Shown here: piece by piece, positions 25,226 through 39,285 of the stretch | Numbering within the stretch: the first letter of the stretch is position 1 | How the letters are laid out: each line of letters begins with the position of its first letter | NCBI GenBank assembly: GCA_964016885.1 | Contig: OZ024749.1 | Location: 28,086,001-28,150,000, forward strand | DNA length: 64,000 bases | Source: Eledone cirrhosa | Lineage: Eukaryota | Reading direction: 5' to 3' | Notes under the pieces: generated by a model | What the model was told of the DNA's origin: nothing | The model's input: the letters and a program-made list of their open reading frames with translations, nothing else | Database searches by the model: none | Position numbers and translations under genes: made by a program

Positions 25226-26369
25226 AAATTTGTGGTAGGCTCTGGCACACATATACTTCACAGAATATTAAATAGAATGTCATATTCTCACTGTCCTCCT
25301 CTTCTTCTTCTTCTTCTTCTTTTGCTCATTGCAGATTTCTAAATCCGATCATGTGGTCACGTGATTAACTGTGGTCACATGATCAACTGTGGTCTGGTGA
25401 TTAACTGGTCATTGGTGTGATTTCAAAAAACACTTGTGGGTTTGTGGTCAGGTGAATTAACTGTGGTTATCAATGGGATTTTGATCCCTCGGTGGAATTT
25501 GAACTCAAATAAGCAAAGTGCCAGAACAGACACCAGCAGACATCGTGCCTGATAATCTAACAATTCCACGAACTGATACTGTATTTCATTGCCCTCTACA
25601 ACACAACAGTAATGGCAGGCTTAACCACATAGAATAATTCCAGCACCAACTGCCATTTCTTTAACTGTGATTAACTCCACTATGTTGCAAACATTCGGAT
25701 CAAGTCTCCAGTTTGGGAACCCCTTCTTTCTGTCCCCACCCTCCCAATCAGTTTCAGAGGTTCTTAGAATAGCTATATATTCAGCCCTCTATTTTTACCA
25801 CCCTTCATCAGTCTCAAATATCTTGAGAATAACCATGTGTCCTTTCTCCCACCCTCCATCCAATGCTGGAGTTAAAACGAATGAGGCCCTGTGCTAGTTA
25901 AGTTTTGAGGTCCTTATCTGTGCCCTGAATGCGGTAAAAACATTTTTTGGTAGGAAGATAGGGCCCCTTGCCAATGAGGCCCTATGCTTAAGCACACCTA
26001 AGAACAATGGTAAATCCAGCACTGCCTCCATCAGTCTCAAATAGCCATATATTCTGCTCTTCCTCTCACCCCTCATTACTCCCAAAGGTCCTGAGAGTAG
26101 CCATATGTTCTGCCCTTTCTCCCACCCCTTTTCAATCAGTCTCATAGGTTCTGGGAATGGTCATGTGCTGTGCCCTATAATTCTTCCACCCTTCCATCTG
26201 TCAAGAGGTCCTGAGAATCGCCACATGTTCTGCCCTTCTTTTCTCAACCTTACATTAAATATAAAACATTAAATATAAAAATTAAACATTAAATATAAAC
26301 ATTAAATATAAAAACATTAAATATAAAAATTAGGATGATCATATTAAAAATGTACTTCAAATGATAGCA

Positions 26370-26720
26370 TTTAACTGGGTCAGTATTTAGTGGTGTGACT
26401 AACTAGTGTTACACTAGGTCAGTGTTTAGTGATGTGTAATTAACTAGTATTTAACTAGGTCAGTATTTAGTGGTATGTGACTATAGTATAGTGCTTAACT
26501 AGGTCAGTGTTTAGTGGTGTGTGACTAGTGTTTAACTAGGTCAGTGTTTAGTGGTATGTGACTATAGTGCTTAACTAGGTCAGTGTTTAATGGTGTGTGA
26601 CTAACTAGTGTTTAACTAGGTCAGTGTTTAGTGGTGTGTGACTAACTGGTGTTGAATTAGGTCAGTGTCCAGTGATGTAAGGTTAACTACTGTTTAACTA
26701 GGTCAGTGTTCAATGATGTG
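26370..26720. repeat. ~37-41 bp minisatellite
   Basis: Unit taactaggtcagtgtttagtggtgtgtgactaactagtgtt. Confidence 0.9.
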
Positions 26721-27177
26721 TGAAATAGACCTAAATGTTACTAATATTAAGTTTAACTCTTAACGTCCTGTACCACATGAAACGACATTAGCCAGATGTT
26801 CCTGAGAAGTACCAGAGAGCACTATGATTGAATCACATTAAAAATAAATGTCTTTGCTGTTTACTGCAAATGTTCACAACAATCTATCCACTGGTAATGA
26901 TACTATAAACATTTGAATTAACAAACCTCTTTTTATATATTTTCTATTAGATCATCACAAGATGTTAAGAGATAATACTGCAATTTTTCATAATCTGTCC
27001 GCTAGTAAAGGTACTACAACATTTGAATTAACAAACCTGTTTTTAGATATTTTCTGAGAAATCATTAGAGGATGTTAAGTGTTAAGTTGACCAGTCATAC
27101 ATTAGAGGACTCAATACAAAGAACATAGGGTGCTTAGCTTCTTTGTATTATAAGTGCCTTGTAGAAGTACTTTATAG

Positions 27178-27208
<31 letters not shown>

Positions 27209-27263
27209 TGTATGTATGTATGTATGTATGTATGTATGTATGTATGTATGTATGTATATATGT

Positions 27264-27325
<62 letters not shown>

Positions 27326-27799
27326 CAATGTATGTATGTATGGTGGGTTTTATGCGGGTGAGTATGTGGAGGCTATTATATGTATGTATGATTGTGTGTA
27401 TATATATATATCAAATGTATTAATAAAAGGATTTACTTTAAATAAATGTAAGTGTATATATATATATATATGAGTGTGTGTGTGTGTGTGTGTACGTATG
27501 TATGTGTGTGTGTACATTATACACATGAAAACAATTTTTTTCTTTTCAATCTGTTACTTAAAATACACTACAATCTCTATAGATATACACACACATAATC
27601 AACATACGCACATATATGTGCATACACATACAAACACAAAACCACACACACACATACACACACACATATATAAATACACAAACACTCGTGTCAAGATATT
27701 TTTGGTTATTTTATTGTAAATGTATTAAGGAAGATTATAGCAGTGTAAACATTAAAGAACGCTTTATACTTTATACAAGCCCCACATATGTGTGTCAAA

Positions 27800-27812
27800 T
27801 ATATATATAGAT

Positions 27813-27864
<52 letters not shown>

Positions 27865-27927
27865 TTCAATTCTTCTTAATCTATGATTATATATTTATAT
27901 AAAATTTATATATATATATACACACAG

Positions 27928-28020
<93 letters not shown>

Positions 28021-28046
28021 AACAAAAGATGGTTAAAAGAGTTCCA

Positions 28047-28110
<64 letters not shown>

Positions 28111-28119
28111 TATATATAC

Positions 28120-28218
<99 letters not shown>

Positions 28219-28248
28219 TATATATATATATATATATGTATATGTATA

Positions 28249-28324
<76 letters not shown>

Positions 28325-28350
28325 TATATATACATATACATATATATATA

Positions 28351-28418
<68 letters not shown>

Positions 28419-28425
28419 TATAAAT

Positions 28426-28479
<54 letters not shown>

Positions 28480-28508
28480 GTATATATATATACACACGCG
28501 CACACACT

Positions 28509-28575
<67 letters not shown>
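27800..28575. repeat. Long (TA)n/(CA)n/(GA)n microsatellite
   Basis: Directly visible. Confidence 0.95.
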
Positions 28576-28579
<4 letters not shown>

Positions 28580-29079
28580 TAAAAACAATGTGTATACAGA
28601 TGTCAACAAATAAGTATAAAATAAGCACGCATTGCATTCGTAGAATTCCATATGATGATGATGATGATAATAATAATAATCCTTTATTGGTCAGATGGGT
28701 TCATACACACAATACAAAAAATATAAATCTATTATACAAAAGGTGTCACAAAATACAAAATACGTGGGAATATGTAATTGTAATTATATTCATCATTCCC
28801 TTTTCCATAATGGCATGGATTGGACAGCATATATATATATATGTGTGTATGTGTGTGTGTATAGTATATATATAAATGTGTGTATATAGTATATTTGTAT
28901 ATGTATATATACACACACACATATATATATGTATATATGTAGGTGTCACGATAAAAAGCACTCACCACACACTGTAAATGTGGTTGGCGTTAGGAAGGGC
29001 ATCCAGCTGTAGAAACCAAGCCAAAAGCAGTTCTGTGTGACCCATGCTAGCATGGAGAAATGGGCGTTAATTGGTCATG

Positions 29080-31330
29080 ATAATAATAATGAAATGATTG
29101 TGTACAGTGCTCAGGTGCACTACAACTCATCAAAGGTGCATGTATAGTACATAGAATAATGTACAAATGTCAAGAAAATGAACAGTGCACGAGTCATGAT
29201 ATAATAACAATAACAATAATGAAATATTGTGTACAGTGCCCAGGTGCACCACAACTCATCAAAAAAGTGCATGTACAGTACATAGTGCAATGCACAAACA
29301 TCAGTAAAATGAACAGTGCACGAGTCATGATACACACATGTGTGCATGTGTATGGAAGGGGTACATCAGGTGTAGTTTTGGCGTATTTCGGGAAGCATGA
29401 GTATCTTAAAGGATGCAGTGTCTCGGCAGCTAACAATTGACGCAGGCAGTTTGTTCCATGCTTCAGCAACTCTGAGCGTGAAAAAATGTCTACGAAAGTC
29501 ATGTGAACTGTGCTGTTTTCTGATCTTGTAGGCATGTCCACGTGTGTTAGACACATGGAGATCAAAGAGGCGCTCAGGGTTGCAATTGGCGAGATGGTTA
29601 AAAACTTTGTGGGTATTCACCAAGTCCATTGCCAGACGTCGGAGCTTCAATGAATCCATGCCCAGGGAAGCAAGGCGTTCAGAGTATGGTAGGTGTCTGA
29701 TGGAGGGTATGCGCTTGGTTGCACGTCTCTGAACAGTTTCCAGGAGGTCAATGTTCTGAGCAAGATAGGGGTTCCAGACTGATGATGCGAATTCCAAGTG
29801 TGGTCGTACCATAGCTGTATACAGTTTTAAATAGATGGCTGGAGAGCGGCTAACAAAGGTCTTGCTGAGTGATGCCAAGACACCCTCGGCCTTCTTGACA
29901 ATCTTAGAGACATGCTTTGTCCAACGCAAATCGTTGCTGACAGTAATGCCCAGGTCACGTTCACAAGAGGACTTTTTGATATCAGTGTTGTGGAGGGAGT
30001 ATGTGGACGCTGGATTTTTCCTTCCAAAATGCATGGTGGTACACTTGTCCACAGCCAGCTTCAGTTGCCAGTCTGTGATCCATTGCTGCATTGTGTCCAG
30101 GTCTGATTGTAGGAAAGAGTTGTAAATTTCAGGATCAGTCCTTTTGATTTCAAGGTACAGCTTGATGTCATCTGCATATTTTAGTACCGTGGCATTCTGT
30201 AAGTTGGCATCTATGTCGTTAATATATGCCACAAACAAAAGAGGACCAAGAACAGATCCCTGTGGTACACCAGATGACATCTCATATGGTGAAGAATGCT
30301 GTCCTAGAACCGTGACTACTTCTTTTCGGCTGAGAATGAAGGATTTCAACCAGTCGAAAAGGTCATCCCTCACACTCATTGCAGAGAGTTTTGCCATAAG
30401 TCTTTTGTGTGGCACAGAATTAAAAGCCTTAGCAAAGTCAAGGTAAACAACATCCACTCATGAGCCGCTGTCAGTGATCCGGGTGATGTCCTCAAGGAAC
30501 TCGATAAGCTGATCACAGCAGCTGGAGTTAGGGATAAATCCAAACTGTGAGGGTCGGATGAGGCTGTGAGAGCTCCAGAAGTTCCAAAGTGTTTCTCTGA
30601 CACAGGATTCCATCAGTTTGGCCATACAGCTAGTAATACTGACTGGACGATAGTTGACAGGTGACATGCGGTTGCCCTTTTTGAACAGGGGAATGACACT
30701 GGCAGTTTTCCACTGCTCCGGAGTAGCACCATTGTTGAGACAGTATTGAAAGAAGAAAGAAAGCTGGCGCAAAAGGAAATACCCGCCACGTTTGAGAAGC
30801 AGGTATGTAACACCATCAAGACCAGGGGAGGCATAGTTGCACTTATTCTTAAGGTGACGTCGCAACATTGCAGGTGTAAATTCCATAGTTGTTATGGAAT
30901 TTGATGTTAGAGATGGTGGAGATGGTACATTCTGGTTTTCAACAGTAAAAATATTTGCATAGCACTCAGCAATGAGTTCTGCGCATTCCTTGGGATCGTC
31001 AGTGATCTGGCTTGTGTGGGGATTGTGAAGAGGACCAACTGGAGAGTGAGGTCTCTGCTTTGAATGAACATATTTCCAGAACACCTTACTGTCAGGATTG
31101 GTTGCGATGCACTGTTCAATTTCAAGCACTGCCTTCTTTGTCACTTGCTTGAGATGGTTAGAAGATTTATTCCGCTTTTTTCTGTTGGCATCTGATCTAT
31201 GCAGTTTATATTCCCGTTCAGCGTTCCGCCGTTCTTTCCTGGCAAGTCGGACCGCTGAAGTTTCCCAGATTGCACTTTTGGGGTGGTTATTTTTCCGCTT
31301 ATTTTTGCAATCTATTATAAATAGACGCAC
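29080..31330 (-). mobile_element. CR1-clade LINE, longer copy; ORF2 (31330-29366) broken by one in-frame TGA at 30458-30460
   Basis: ASPGLDG, NYRPVSIT, QFGF, LDFAKAF, GVPQGSVLGP, YADD. Nearly identical to 8432-9772, including the duplicated 3' UTR. Confidence 0.93.
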
Positions 31331-32282
31331 TGACTTGTTTTCTATCTGCTTGCATAAATTCCATAAAACATTTCACAAAGTATACAGCTAATATTCAATT
31401 CTTTATCAATTTAGAATCTTTTTCTCAAAGGCACATATATATATATATACACTTCTTTTAAAATATACCCATCTTTCTACCTTATTTCAAAGGTTATTAT
31501 AGATTCTATAATACTTGTTATTCATTCTACATCGCTCCTATTTATCACTTCCCTTTCTTCTCTTCTTCTTTTAATGTCTAACCCCTAATCTGTACCTTTT
31601 CTCACTCTTGCCTAACATAGAATCAATTATTACATAATACAATACATTCTTACTCTATATCACCTTGTAAAAATCCTTCGTAAACATATACATTTTTTTG
31701 ACGTTAGATTATTCATCCTCAATTCATTATTCTTTTCTCCCTTTCATCAAACTCATTTATGCTCATCTCACAATATTTCCTTACTTAAATAACCTGTTGT
31801 TCCTTTTAATAATACATATCAACATTTTCTTAACATCGCACATATTATTAAACCCTTAAACATTATTCTCAATACATATTAACATTTTCTTTTTCATCGC
31901 ACATATTATCAAACCCCTCAATATACAAACCTTAACTTTACATTATTTTTCTCTTCGTTAATTTTCAAATTCTTTTAATTTATACATTATCTTCCAACGG
32001 TTTTCAACCTCTCTATGTAAAACAATATATCTTTCTCAGTTATAAAAGCTATCTCTCTCTCTCTCTATCACCCATCTCTCCTCCTATCTCATCCTTCCTC
32101 ATTATACTCCTCCCTCTCCACTTTTTACTCTCATCTCCTCCTCTTTTTCATCCCTTCCAACCCCCCCTCTAAATGAAATATTTTCCCAATATCACACATC
32201 AATCTAAAACTACTTCTCATATGTTGATTTAAAACTGAACTATCCACAAGTGTTTTTTAACCTTCATATCATGTCTTCATGT

Positions 32283-32348
32283 TTTATCTGATGAAAACAC
32301 AAATATTATTGCATGATGATATTTGTTTTTGAAATGCGCATAATAAAA
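32283..32348 (+). ncRNA. Degenerate type I hammerhead motif (PLE pseudo-LTR-like)
   Basis: CTGATGA-aaacacaaatatta/tgatatttgttttt-GAAA tgcgca, followed by aataaa. Confidence 0.55.
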
Positions 32349-32473
32349 TACATGGAACTCTTTTAGCCATCTTTTGTTCTTATATATCATGTATACTCCA
32401 GTCCTACAAACTGTAGAGTGCTTATTATCCGATATCTGCATTGCTTTATTGTACTACAATAAAACTCACCTCC

Positions 32474-32516
<43 letters not shown>

Positions 32517-33545
32517 ATACTTGGGGAGGGTCATATTTGTGTAATATTGCCACAATTAATAACAGAACACACTCACTGTTTGGTTGGTTTTCGCTTCTCG
32601 CTTCTGTGTCTTTTATATCGGTAATCTAATATACTCGGTCCTCAATGTTGCCATTGACTGACCGGCGGTCAAAAATAATACAGATACAATATAGACACAA
32701 GCACATATATATAGTTTATCATAAATCTTTCGTTGCACATCTGCAACATCGTCAGTGGTGCTATATTTTCCTCCTGTTGTATTGTATGTCTACGCCATTT
32801 TTATTCAGTCTGTCTATATATTTATTTATTTATTTGCTTGTTTGTTTATTTTATTTTGTCTTCTTTGCGCATGCGTTTGCGTGTGTGTATAGTGTTTTGT
32901 TTGCTGTGTGATGGGTGACTAATGTGTGTTTATGTGCTTGTTGTTATTGTGCTTGTGTATGTATTTATTTATTTATTTATTTTATTTTATTTACTTATTT
33001 ATACTTCTCTTAGGTCAGTGTTGTTTGTTTGGGTGTTGTTGTTATTCCATTCATTCTTTCTGTTTAGCCTTGGTCTTCTAATTTCTATTTCACTGGCCTC
33101 TCTGATTTGCCTATCTGCTGGGTCGTTTCTATGTTTAGATATTATTATAATTTCTATGTTGTCTATGTTACCGACATGTTGTTGTCTAGCATGTTCGTAT
33201 AGTACTGACCCGTTTTTTCGTCCTTTTAGTTCCCCCCCAGTGTTGGTCTATCCTTTCACCTATGCTACGAGCTGTCTCACCTATGTATGTTGTTGTCATG
33301 TTTCTGCAAGTACCCTCTGTACATCTTATGCTATAGACTACGTTTCTAGTTTTACAGTTTATCCGGGGGTTCACCTTACATATGATACATTTCCTATTGG
33401 TACAGTGGGTTTTCTTAAAAGGGTAGGTTTTGCTGATCAGGGATTTTATGGTGGTTCCTGGCTTTTCTACCACCTTTATTTTTAAGTAAAGCCAAGCAGA
33501 CGCACTGCCAACAACTTCCAGGCGTCTAACAATGGCTTACCACCC

Positions 33546-35456
33546 TTGTATGGGCTCCGCAAAGACCACAAGACAGTCGACGACCCGACAACAGGACCAC
33601 CAACAAGACCCGTATGCGGAGCTAATATAGCTAGCAACTACAGGATCTCCTACTTCCTCTCGATGGTTATACGCCCCATAATCAAGATGTCCCCAGATGT
33701 ATGTGACAGTACAGAGGACCTCCTCAGCAGAATCAGTGAGTGCAACAAAAACAGGAACCTATCCAACTGCATAATAGGCAGCATGGATGTGGTGTCACTG
33801 TACCCATCCATTAACATTGATTTTGCTGTGAAAAGATGTGTGGAGATGATCATTGAGAGTGAGGTGGAGTTCTGCGACGTCGACACAGACGAACTGGGCC
33901 TCCTACTTAGACTTACCTACGACACTGACTACCTAGACAGCCATGACCTTAGATGTTTCTGCCCTAGTAGACCTATAAGAGGTAGACCCCCCACCATAAC
34001 CTCAATGGCAAAAAAGACTCCCATAGGAAGGTGGATTGGGTGGACCAAAGCTATACGGACCCCCCAAAACACTGATCAGGTAAGAAAAATGGTCGCACAT
34101 GCAATAGGGGCTAGTATCAAAACTACCCTAAAGGGCCACATATTTAAGTTCAATGAGAAAATCTACACCCAAAATGAGGGAGCAGCCATCGGCGTCAGCA
34201 TAGCTGGTGATGTTGCCAACCTTTTCATGGTATGGTGGGAAAGGAGACTTAAAGATCTCCTTAATGAAAGCTCCATAGACCTCATCATGTACTCTCGTTA
34301 TGTAGACGATATCAATATAGTTATAAGAACACCCCCACTAGAGAGCCCTAACAAGTTTGATTTAGAACGTAGCACGATGGAAAGCATCCAGCAGATAGCT
34401 AATTCCATACACCAGAGTATAACTGTAACTATCGACTTCCCTTCCAAACACCCTAACAATAGACTACCTGTATTAGACACAGAACTCTGGATTAACACTA
34501 TAGACGAGAGAGCCCAAATTCTCCACTCACACTATGCTAAACCCATGGCCTCCAAATACCTGATACTCAAAAACTCAGCAATGTCCAGTAGTGCTAAGTT
34601 TAATATTCTGATCGCAGATTTGGTACGAGTGATGAAGAATGTGTCCAGCATGTGCGACCCAACAGAAATGGAAAGACACATCCAACACTTCATCAACCGC
34701 ATGCAGTTCTCTGGCTACAACCAAAGAGACAGAATCAGAGTATACGAAGGAGCCATGGAGAAGTATAAGACCCTCATAGAACTGGACATGAAAGGAATTT
34801 GCCCATTATACAGGAGCAAATCATGGAATAGCTTAGATAGGGCTAGACATAATATAGGGAAAGCCACCTCATGGTACGACAACCAAAGATACCAGAGTGT
34901 CATGTTTGTGGACGCTACCCCTGGAGGGAAATTAGCTAACCAGTGTAGAAAGGCCCTGAGAAAGACCCACTTAAAAATAAAGGTGGTAGAAAAGCCAGGA
35001 ACCACCATAAAATCCCTGATCAGCAAAACCTACCCTTTTAAGAAAACCCACTGTACCAATAGGAAATGTATCATATGTAAGGTGAACCCCCGGATAAACT
35101 GTAAAACTAGAAACGTAGTCTATAGCATAAGATGTACAGAGGGTACTTGCAGAAACATGACAACAACATACATAGGTGAGACAGCTCGTAGCATAGGTGA
35201 AAGGATAGACCAACACTGGGGGGAACTAAAAGGACGAAAAAACGGGTCAGTACTATACGAACATGCTAGACAACAACATGACGGTAACATAGACAACATA
35301 GAAATTATAATAATATCTAAACATAGAAACGACCCAGCAGATAGGCAAATCAGAGAGGCTAGTGAAATAGAAATTAGAAGACCAAGGCTAAACAGAAAGA
35401 ATGAATGGAATAACAACAACACCCAAACAAACAACACTGACCTAAGAGAAGTATAA
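33546..35456 (+). CDS. PLE reverse transcriptase + GIY-YIG endonuclease (uninterrupted, N-terminally truncated)
   Basis: LYGLRKDHK, RPV, SMDVVSLYPSI, GAAIG, RYVDD, LPVLD, CxxxxCxxC linker, VVY-C..C-YIGET, RQIREA, PRLN. The frame is open back to the inversion junction, so the TTG start is not the real start. Confidence 0.93.
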   Translation: MYGLRKDHKTVDDPTTGPPTRPVCGANIASNYRISYFLSMVIRPIIKMSPDVCDSTEDLLSRISECNKNRNLSNCIIGSMDVVSLYPSINIDFAVKRCVEMIIESEVEFCDVDTDELGLLLRLTYDTDYLDSHDLRCFCPSRPIRGRPPTITSMAKKTPIGRWIGWTKAIRTPQNTDQVRKMVAHAIGASIKTTLKGHIFKFNEKIYTQNEGAAIGVSIAGDVANLFMVWWERRLKDLLNESSIDLIMYSRYVDDINIVIRTPPLESPNKFDLERSTMESIQQIANSIHQSITVTIDFPSKHPNNRLPVLDTELWINTIDERAQILHSHYAKPMASKYLILKNSAMSSSAKFNILIADLVRVMKNVSSMCDPTEMERHIQHFINRMQFSGYNQRDRIRVYEGAMEKYKTLIELDMKGICPLYRSKSWNSLDRARHNIGKATSWYDNQRYQSVMFVDATPGGKLANQCRKALRKTHLKIKVVEKPGTTIKSLISKTYPFKKTHCTNRKCIICKVNPRINCKTRNVVYSIRCTEGTCRNMTTTYIGETARSIGERIDQHWGELKGRKNGSVLYEHARQQHDGNIDNIEIIIISKHRNDPADRQIREASEIEIRRPRLNRKNEWNNNNTQTNNTDLREV

Positions 35457-35691
35457 ATAAGTAAATAAAATAAAATAAATAAATAAATACATACACAAGC
35501 ACAATAACAACAAGCACATAAACACACATTAGTCACCCATCACAAAGCAAACAAAACACTATACACACACGCAAACGCATGCGCAAAGAAGACAAAATAA
35601 AATAAACAAACAAGCAAATAAATAAATAAATATATAGACAGACTGAATAAAAATGGCGTAGACATACAATACAACAGGAGGAAAATATAGC

Positions 35692-35733
35692 ACCACTGAC
35701 GATGTTGCAGATGTGCAACGAAAGATTTATGAT
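35692..35733 (+). ncRNA. Hammerhead ribozyme in the PLE pseudo-LTR (mirror copies 32718-32759 and 38893-38934 on the minus strand)
   Basis: acca-CTGACGA-t-gttgca gatg tgcaac-GAAA gatt TA-tgat; perfect 6-bp stem II. Confidence 0.8.
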
Positions 35734-35981
35734 AAACTATATATATGTGTTTGTGTCTATATTGTATCTGTATTATTTTGACCGCCGGTCAGTCAATGGC
35801 AACATTGAGGACCGAGTATATTAGATTACCGATATAAAAGACACAGAAGCGAGAAGCGAAAACCAACCAAACAGTGAGTGTGTTCTGTTATTAATTCTGG
35901 CAATATTACACAAATATGACCCTCCCCAAGTATAACAATATTTGTTTCGACACACGATTTCATATAAAAAACCTCGCAAAG

Positions 35982-36033
<52 letters not shown>

Positions 36034-36068
36034 GTATATATATATATGTATATATATACATTTATATA

Positions 36069-36165
36069 TAGGGTGTCCAAAAAAATGTATACACAGATCA
36101 ACAGCATTCTAATAAATATTGACTGTACAGGTAATCAAAGTGTGTATGCATTTTTTGGAGACACT
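36069..36165. mobile_element. ~97-bp Tc1/mariner-type MITE
   Basis: Imperfect TIRs tagggtgtccaaaaaaatgtatacac / gtgtatgcattttttggagacacta within TA repeats. Confidence 0.6.
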
Positions 36166-36759
36166 ATATATATATATACATCATCATCATCATCATCATC
36201 ACGATCATTTTACGTCCGCTTTTCCCTGCTTGCAAGGGTTGGACAGGTCCTATTCAGCAGCTCTCCACATATATACAGTATGGGTGTATCCAAAAGAATC
36301 ATCCGGTATTATTTACAATTTTAACAAATGTTCAATATGTCAATATCTTTATAAAAATGTATAAAAGTAATAAAAAAATGAATAAAACTTTATATCCAGA
36401 CATGTATTGTACAAGTTACTGCATGATTATATGGTCATTTGTTTAAAAAAATATTGCCCATTTGATAAACCTAAGGGCATGACAACCTCCCTAGAATTGG
36501 TAAGTTACATGATAAATGCATCCAGTACACACTGTAAAGTGGTTGGTGATAGGAAGGGCATCCAACCATAGAAATCTTGCCAAACAAAAGAATAGGGGGA
36601 TCCTTAGTTGTATCAAAGGTATGATAACTGAACACTCGATAGAAGATGAGACTGTACATAAGCGGGACACATATACCTGGCTTGCTTGGGAGATCAATGG
36701 CTCTGCTTCAGTACAGACTTTGTCTATATAGACCCATTCAACCCTTGCTAGCAGGCAAA

Positions 36760-37190
36760 TTATCATCATCACCATTTTACGTCCATTTTTCCACGCTAGC
36801 ATGGGTTAGATGAGTTACCCTGTTGTGGGCAATGCTATGTCAGGTGACCATGTCTTGCTCATACAACTCTGATTTTGGCTTGGTTTCTATAGCTGGATGC
36901 CCTTCCTAACACTAAACTCATTTACAGTGAGTGCTGGGTGCTTTTTGTTGTGACATCTACACAACCACTTTACAGTGTGCGTTGGGTACTTTTTACCATG
37001 ACACTGTCACAAGCACTTTATAGTGTGGGCTGGGGGCTTCACTGGATAGGATATACACTTTTGCCTGTCCTCATGGGAGATGTATGGGAGAGTGGGGTGG
37101 GGTGCATACTGTATATATGCTTCAGGTTTGGCCAGTGCCCATGGGAAGTCGGGTCTTCTGTATTACAGCGTAACACCACAGATCGTGGTA
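36760..37190 (-). mobile_element. Diverged 3' end of an RTE family B relative
   Basis: Homologous to 60170-60520 (gtaatacagaagacccgacttcccatggg; aggaagggcatccagct; cccatgctagcgtggaaaaatggacg). Confidence 0.7.
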
Positions 37191-37459
37191 ATGTGTCATC
37201 GCTTTTGAGAATTGCAATTGGGCATGGTCGGCTTTTATCTCTTCAACCCATGTCTTCCTGGAAAGTGGCTGTTAAAACGAGAATGATGATGATGATGAAT
37301 GTATATATGTAAATCAGGATAGAATAAGTTGAAAACTTGTTAGACCATTACTCAACAGAGATCTCAATACTTGTGGTAGTAGAGTATGATTATATTATAA
37401 AGAGTCGGACCTGACAGCTGAGCTCTTACCATTTCAACAGCTAGTTCCAGACAGATATA

Positions 37460-37806
37460 TCATCATCATCATCATTTCATTTTACGTCCACTTTTTCCCT
37501 GCTTGCAAGGGTGGGACGGGAACTGATTCTGGCTTGATTTCTACAGCTGGATGCCCTTCCTAACACCAACCTCATTTACAGTGAGTGCTGGGTGCTTTTT
37601 TTTCCGTGGCGCCTACACGTCCACTTTGCAGTGGAATGATAGGGACCCCTGCCCCTATCATCTCATTTCTACAGCTGAGTAAACTGGAGCAATGTGAAAT
37701 AAAGTGTCTTGCTCAAGGAAACAACACATCACCCGGTCTGAGAATTGAACTCACAACCTTTTGATTGCAAACCCAATGCTCTAACCACTAAGCCATGTGC
37801 CTCCAT
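37460..37806 (-). mobile_element. SINE family 2 copy
   Basis: Near-identical to 14198-14578 but with one fewer internal repeat unit. Confidence 0.85.
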
Positions 37807-37977
37807 ATATATTTGTAAAGAGTTAGTGACAAACTGCTGAGCTCATGCCATTATCCATTCACTGCCACAACATGAGCATTAACTCTATATAATACTTACA
37901 CTCTATTTTCCCAAGTATTGAGTACTTAGCTGAATAATGGTCTTACTAGTCTAAACTGGTAACTCTCCCTCTCTCTC

Positions 37978-38009
<32 letters not shown>

Positions 38010-38030
38010 TGTATGTATGTATGTATGTAT

Positions 38031-38101
<71 letters not shown>

Positions 38102-38114
38102 CATATATATATAC

Positions 38115-38229
<115 letters not shown>

Positions 38230-38321
38230 CCGAAAAATTTTTTTGAATACATCTCTTTTCATGATATTCGGATTACATTGAGTTCTTCATACAGATTGGA
38301 CACTACCGTACATTTTGGTAG

Positions 38322-38383
<62 letters not shown>

Positions 38384-38530
38384 GTATGTATATATATATA
38401 TATGTATTTATATATATATATGTATATATATATGTATATATATATGTATATATGTATATGTATATATATATATGTATATATATATATATGTATATATGTA
38501 TATATATGTATGTATATATGTATATATATG

Positions 38531-38563
<33 letters not shown>

Positions 38564-38572
38564 GTATATATG

Positions 38573-38605
<33 letters not shown>

Positions 38606-38639
38606 GTATATATATGTATATATATATATATATGAATTA

Positions 38640-39198
38640 GTTTAGCGAGGTTTTTTATATGAAATCGTGTGTCGAAACAAATATTGTTATACTTGGGGAG
38701 GGTCATATTTGCGTAATATTGCCAGAATTAATAACAGAACACACTCACTGTTTGGTTGGTTTTCGCTTCTCGCTGTCTTTTATATCTGCGATCTAACTTA
38801 CTCGGTCCTCAATGTTGCCATTGACTGACCGACGGTCAAAAATAATACAGATACAATATAGACACAAACACATATATATAGTTTACATAATTTACATAAA
38901 TCTTTCGTTGCACATCTGCAACATCGTCAGTGGTGTTATATTTTTTTTTTTTTTTTTTTTTTGCAGATGTGCAACGAAAGATTTATGTAAATTATGTAAA
39001 CTATATATATGTGTTTGTGTCTATATTGTATCTGTATTATTTTTGACTGTCGGTCAGTCAATGGCAACATTGAGGACCGAGTAAGTTAGATCGCAGATAT
39101 AAAAGACAGCGAGAAGCGAAAACCAACCAAACAGTGAGTGTGTTCTGTTATTAATTCTGGCAATATTACGCAAATATGACCCTCCCAAGTATAACAAT
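38640..39198. mobile_element. ORF-less inverted pair of PLE pseudo-LTRs with a poly-T spacer
   Basis: 38680-38922 is the reverse complement of 38961-39198; both match 35690-35985. Confidence 0.9.
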
Positions 39199-39215
39199 AT
39201 ATATATATGTATATT

Positions 39216-39285
<70 letters not shown>

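Larger units (their letters stand above)
32510..35985 (+). mobile_element. Penelope-like element: inverted 3' copy (32510-33487) plus 5'-truncated main unit, flanked by (TA)n on both sides
   Basis: 32510-33487 is the reverse complement of 34969-35940; both arms carry the pseudo-LTR. Confidence 0.93.

Noticed and set aside
30458-30460. In-frame TGA in CR1 ORF2 as selenocysteine or readthrough
   Set aside because: No convincing SECIS in the 3' UTR and only one copy covers the site; a simple nonsense mutation is more likely.
31390-32050. AT-rich segment upstream of the CR1 as a remnant of another LINE
   Set aside because: Only scattered Cys-containing fragments; too decayed to call.
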